Part shown: one piece after another, positions 62,147 to 64,000 of the stretch
Position numbering within the stretch: the first letter of the stretch is position 1
Layout of the letters: the number at the start of each line of letters is the position of its first letter
NCBI RefSeq assembly: GCF_009914755.1
Contig: NC_060933.1
Direction: 5' to 3' (one strand)
From: the human T2T-CHM13v2.0 reference genome, Homo sapiens
DNA: 64,000 bases
Notes under the pieces: generated by a model
Told to the model about the DNA's origin: nothing
Databases searched by the model: none
What the model saw: the letters and a program-made list of their open reading frames with translations, nothing else
Made by a program: the position numbers and the translations under genes

Positions 62147-64000
62147 GTACATTTAATGGAATACTGGAAATAAGTACATTCAATGATTGGAAGTACTCAC
62201 ATTATTCTTATTCCTAATTCTATTTGTTCAAAATTGAATGGAAGGCATTGACATAAATGTTATTGTTGGTATCCATATTTGAATAAAAATAAATTTAGAA
62301 GCATAAAAAAGATTTTAAAAATGTAAGCTTTAACTCAGATGTTTCTCTTTTAATGTTTTTGAATAGCATGAAGTTTTCAGTATAAAATTTTTATACCTGT
62401 CAGGGATTCAAAGCAGTGAATTTTGAGACTCTAAGATATTTCCAATGAGTTAAGTGCTACTTGGAGTTCTGAACTTTACCTAGAGGAAAGCTTTACTTAT
62501 TAACATGTCAGATTCTGTTTTAACTTTAGAGGCTTGCTGCTAGTGTTATTACACTGATGATCTGAAGCCAATCAGATGTTCTAATGAGCAAGACTGTGTG
62601 TGTAGGTGTATATATAGCTGTGTGTATGTGTGTGTTTGTGGTATCTTTGACTATTAAAAATGAGGAAAGTAATGATTCATTTATAACTGGTAGACACAGT
62701 CTTTTAAAATGGTGATTTTGAGACTTTTTGGTGTTAAGGTTTTTAAAACATGATTGCATAGAGGCTACCGACATCATAAGTTGGTTGTTTTTCATTTCAA
62801 TGCCCTTTTGAAATCTTTAACTATATTGTGATGCTCAGAAATAATATGCAGAATTTTTTATTTGTGTCCCAAAATGGTATGTGAGTGGTTATACACTTTA
62901 CATACCTTTCTGCCACTTTCTTTGGTGTATTTTGTATTATATTTTCCAGATGTATCCACATTGATATGATTATCTCTGGTTTAATTCATTTTACACTTTT
63001 CATTGTATTCCCTTATACCACTTTACCACATTTAGTTAGACTCTCCTGTTGCTGATAAATGAAGAAAGAAAGAAAAATAAAAATAATGTCAGATTAAGTG
63101 GGCTTTTCTTTAATCAGTTTGTATCTATTAATATTTACTATATGAGAGTTTAAAGTTGAAAAGTTCAGAATACAAGCATGCACCACCATATTTTATAAAT
63201 GCCCTTAGAACTGTGACTCATGAGCCTTTAGCCTATGAAGTTAGGGCAATTCATTTCTCTGAAGAAGTTTGTTGTGCTGTTCTCAGAAAAGAAAACTGAA
63301 AATAGCAAATGATATTGTCTTATTTGACCTCTTGGACATCTTTGAATGAAACTGCAACTCCAGGGATACTCAGATCAAAATTCAGAACTAATGTTTTGAA
63401 CAATATAGTTTGTGAATGTCCAGTGGATCATGAGCCCTTGATGGGAAAATGACCTTTCAAGTTTCACTTTTGCATTTTTTGCTCTTTTCCTTGACTTGTC
63501 TTAAAAGCTTAAATTCAACCATTTTATTTTTACAGAAACCGGGAATATAACTTTTAAAATTTATGTCTGTCCTGTCTCACGGTGTTGTGTACTCTTCAGA
63601 TCTTGTGTGAATATAGACTTATGTGGGAACAATTAGGTGTTTTGTTTGTTTGTGTTTTTGAGACAGAGTCTTGCTCTGTCACCAAGGCTGCAGTGCAGTG
63701 GCTCGGTCTTGACTCATTACCACCTCTGCCTCTCGGGTTCAAGCAATTCTCCTGCCTCAGCCCCTCGAGTAGCTGATACTACCTGCATGTGCTACCATAC
63801 CCTGCTAAATTCTCCATTTTTAGTAGAGATGGGGTTTCACCATGTTGGCCAGGCTGCTCTCAAACTCCTGATCTCAGGTGATCTGCCTGCCTCAGCTTGC
63901 CAGTATGCTGGGATTACAGGCAGGAGCCACTGTGCCAGGTACAAATAAGATTTTTAAGGCTATTATATTTTATACAATTCTTTGGTCTATGTGAATTCTG

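Overview
Primate (human or great ape) pericentromeric segmental-duplication mosaic, rich in Alu, L1 and LTR elements. The right half (34125-62146, + strand) holds the CpG-island promoter and the first 11 coding exons of an ANKRD20A-family gene. These splice with canonical GT-AG sites into one open frame of 360 codons, and the gene continues past the window end. The left half is a chain of unrelated duplicated pieces, often joined at truncated Alus. In order: (i) a palindromic TATA/CCAAT promoter flanked by ACRO1/BAGE-exon-1-like units, then a purine-rich tandem repeat (7.0-9.0 kb); (ii) an antisense L1; (iii) an intron-containing PARG fragment with two consecutive catalytic-domain exons (15571-15650, 19669-19729); (iv) a rearranged GTF2I fragment in the order exon 10, exon 11, exon 2, exon 2, with an expanded acidic EDE(E)S repeat; (v) an ~830-bp inverted duplication built on a tail-to-tail Alu pair. 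The rightward promoter arm and all PARG and GTF2I exons lie on the + strand with mostly intact splice sites, which suggests a BAGE-like chimeric, probably non-coding transcription unit upstream of ANKRD20A. Gene and repeat identities and exon numbers come from my recall of the sequences, not from a database search. Most ORFs in the supplied track are repeat-derived noise.
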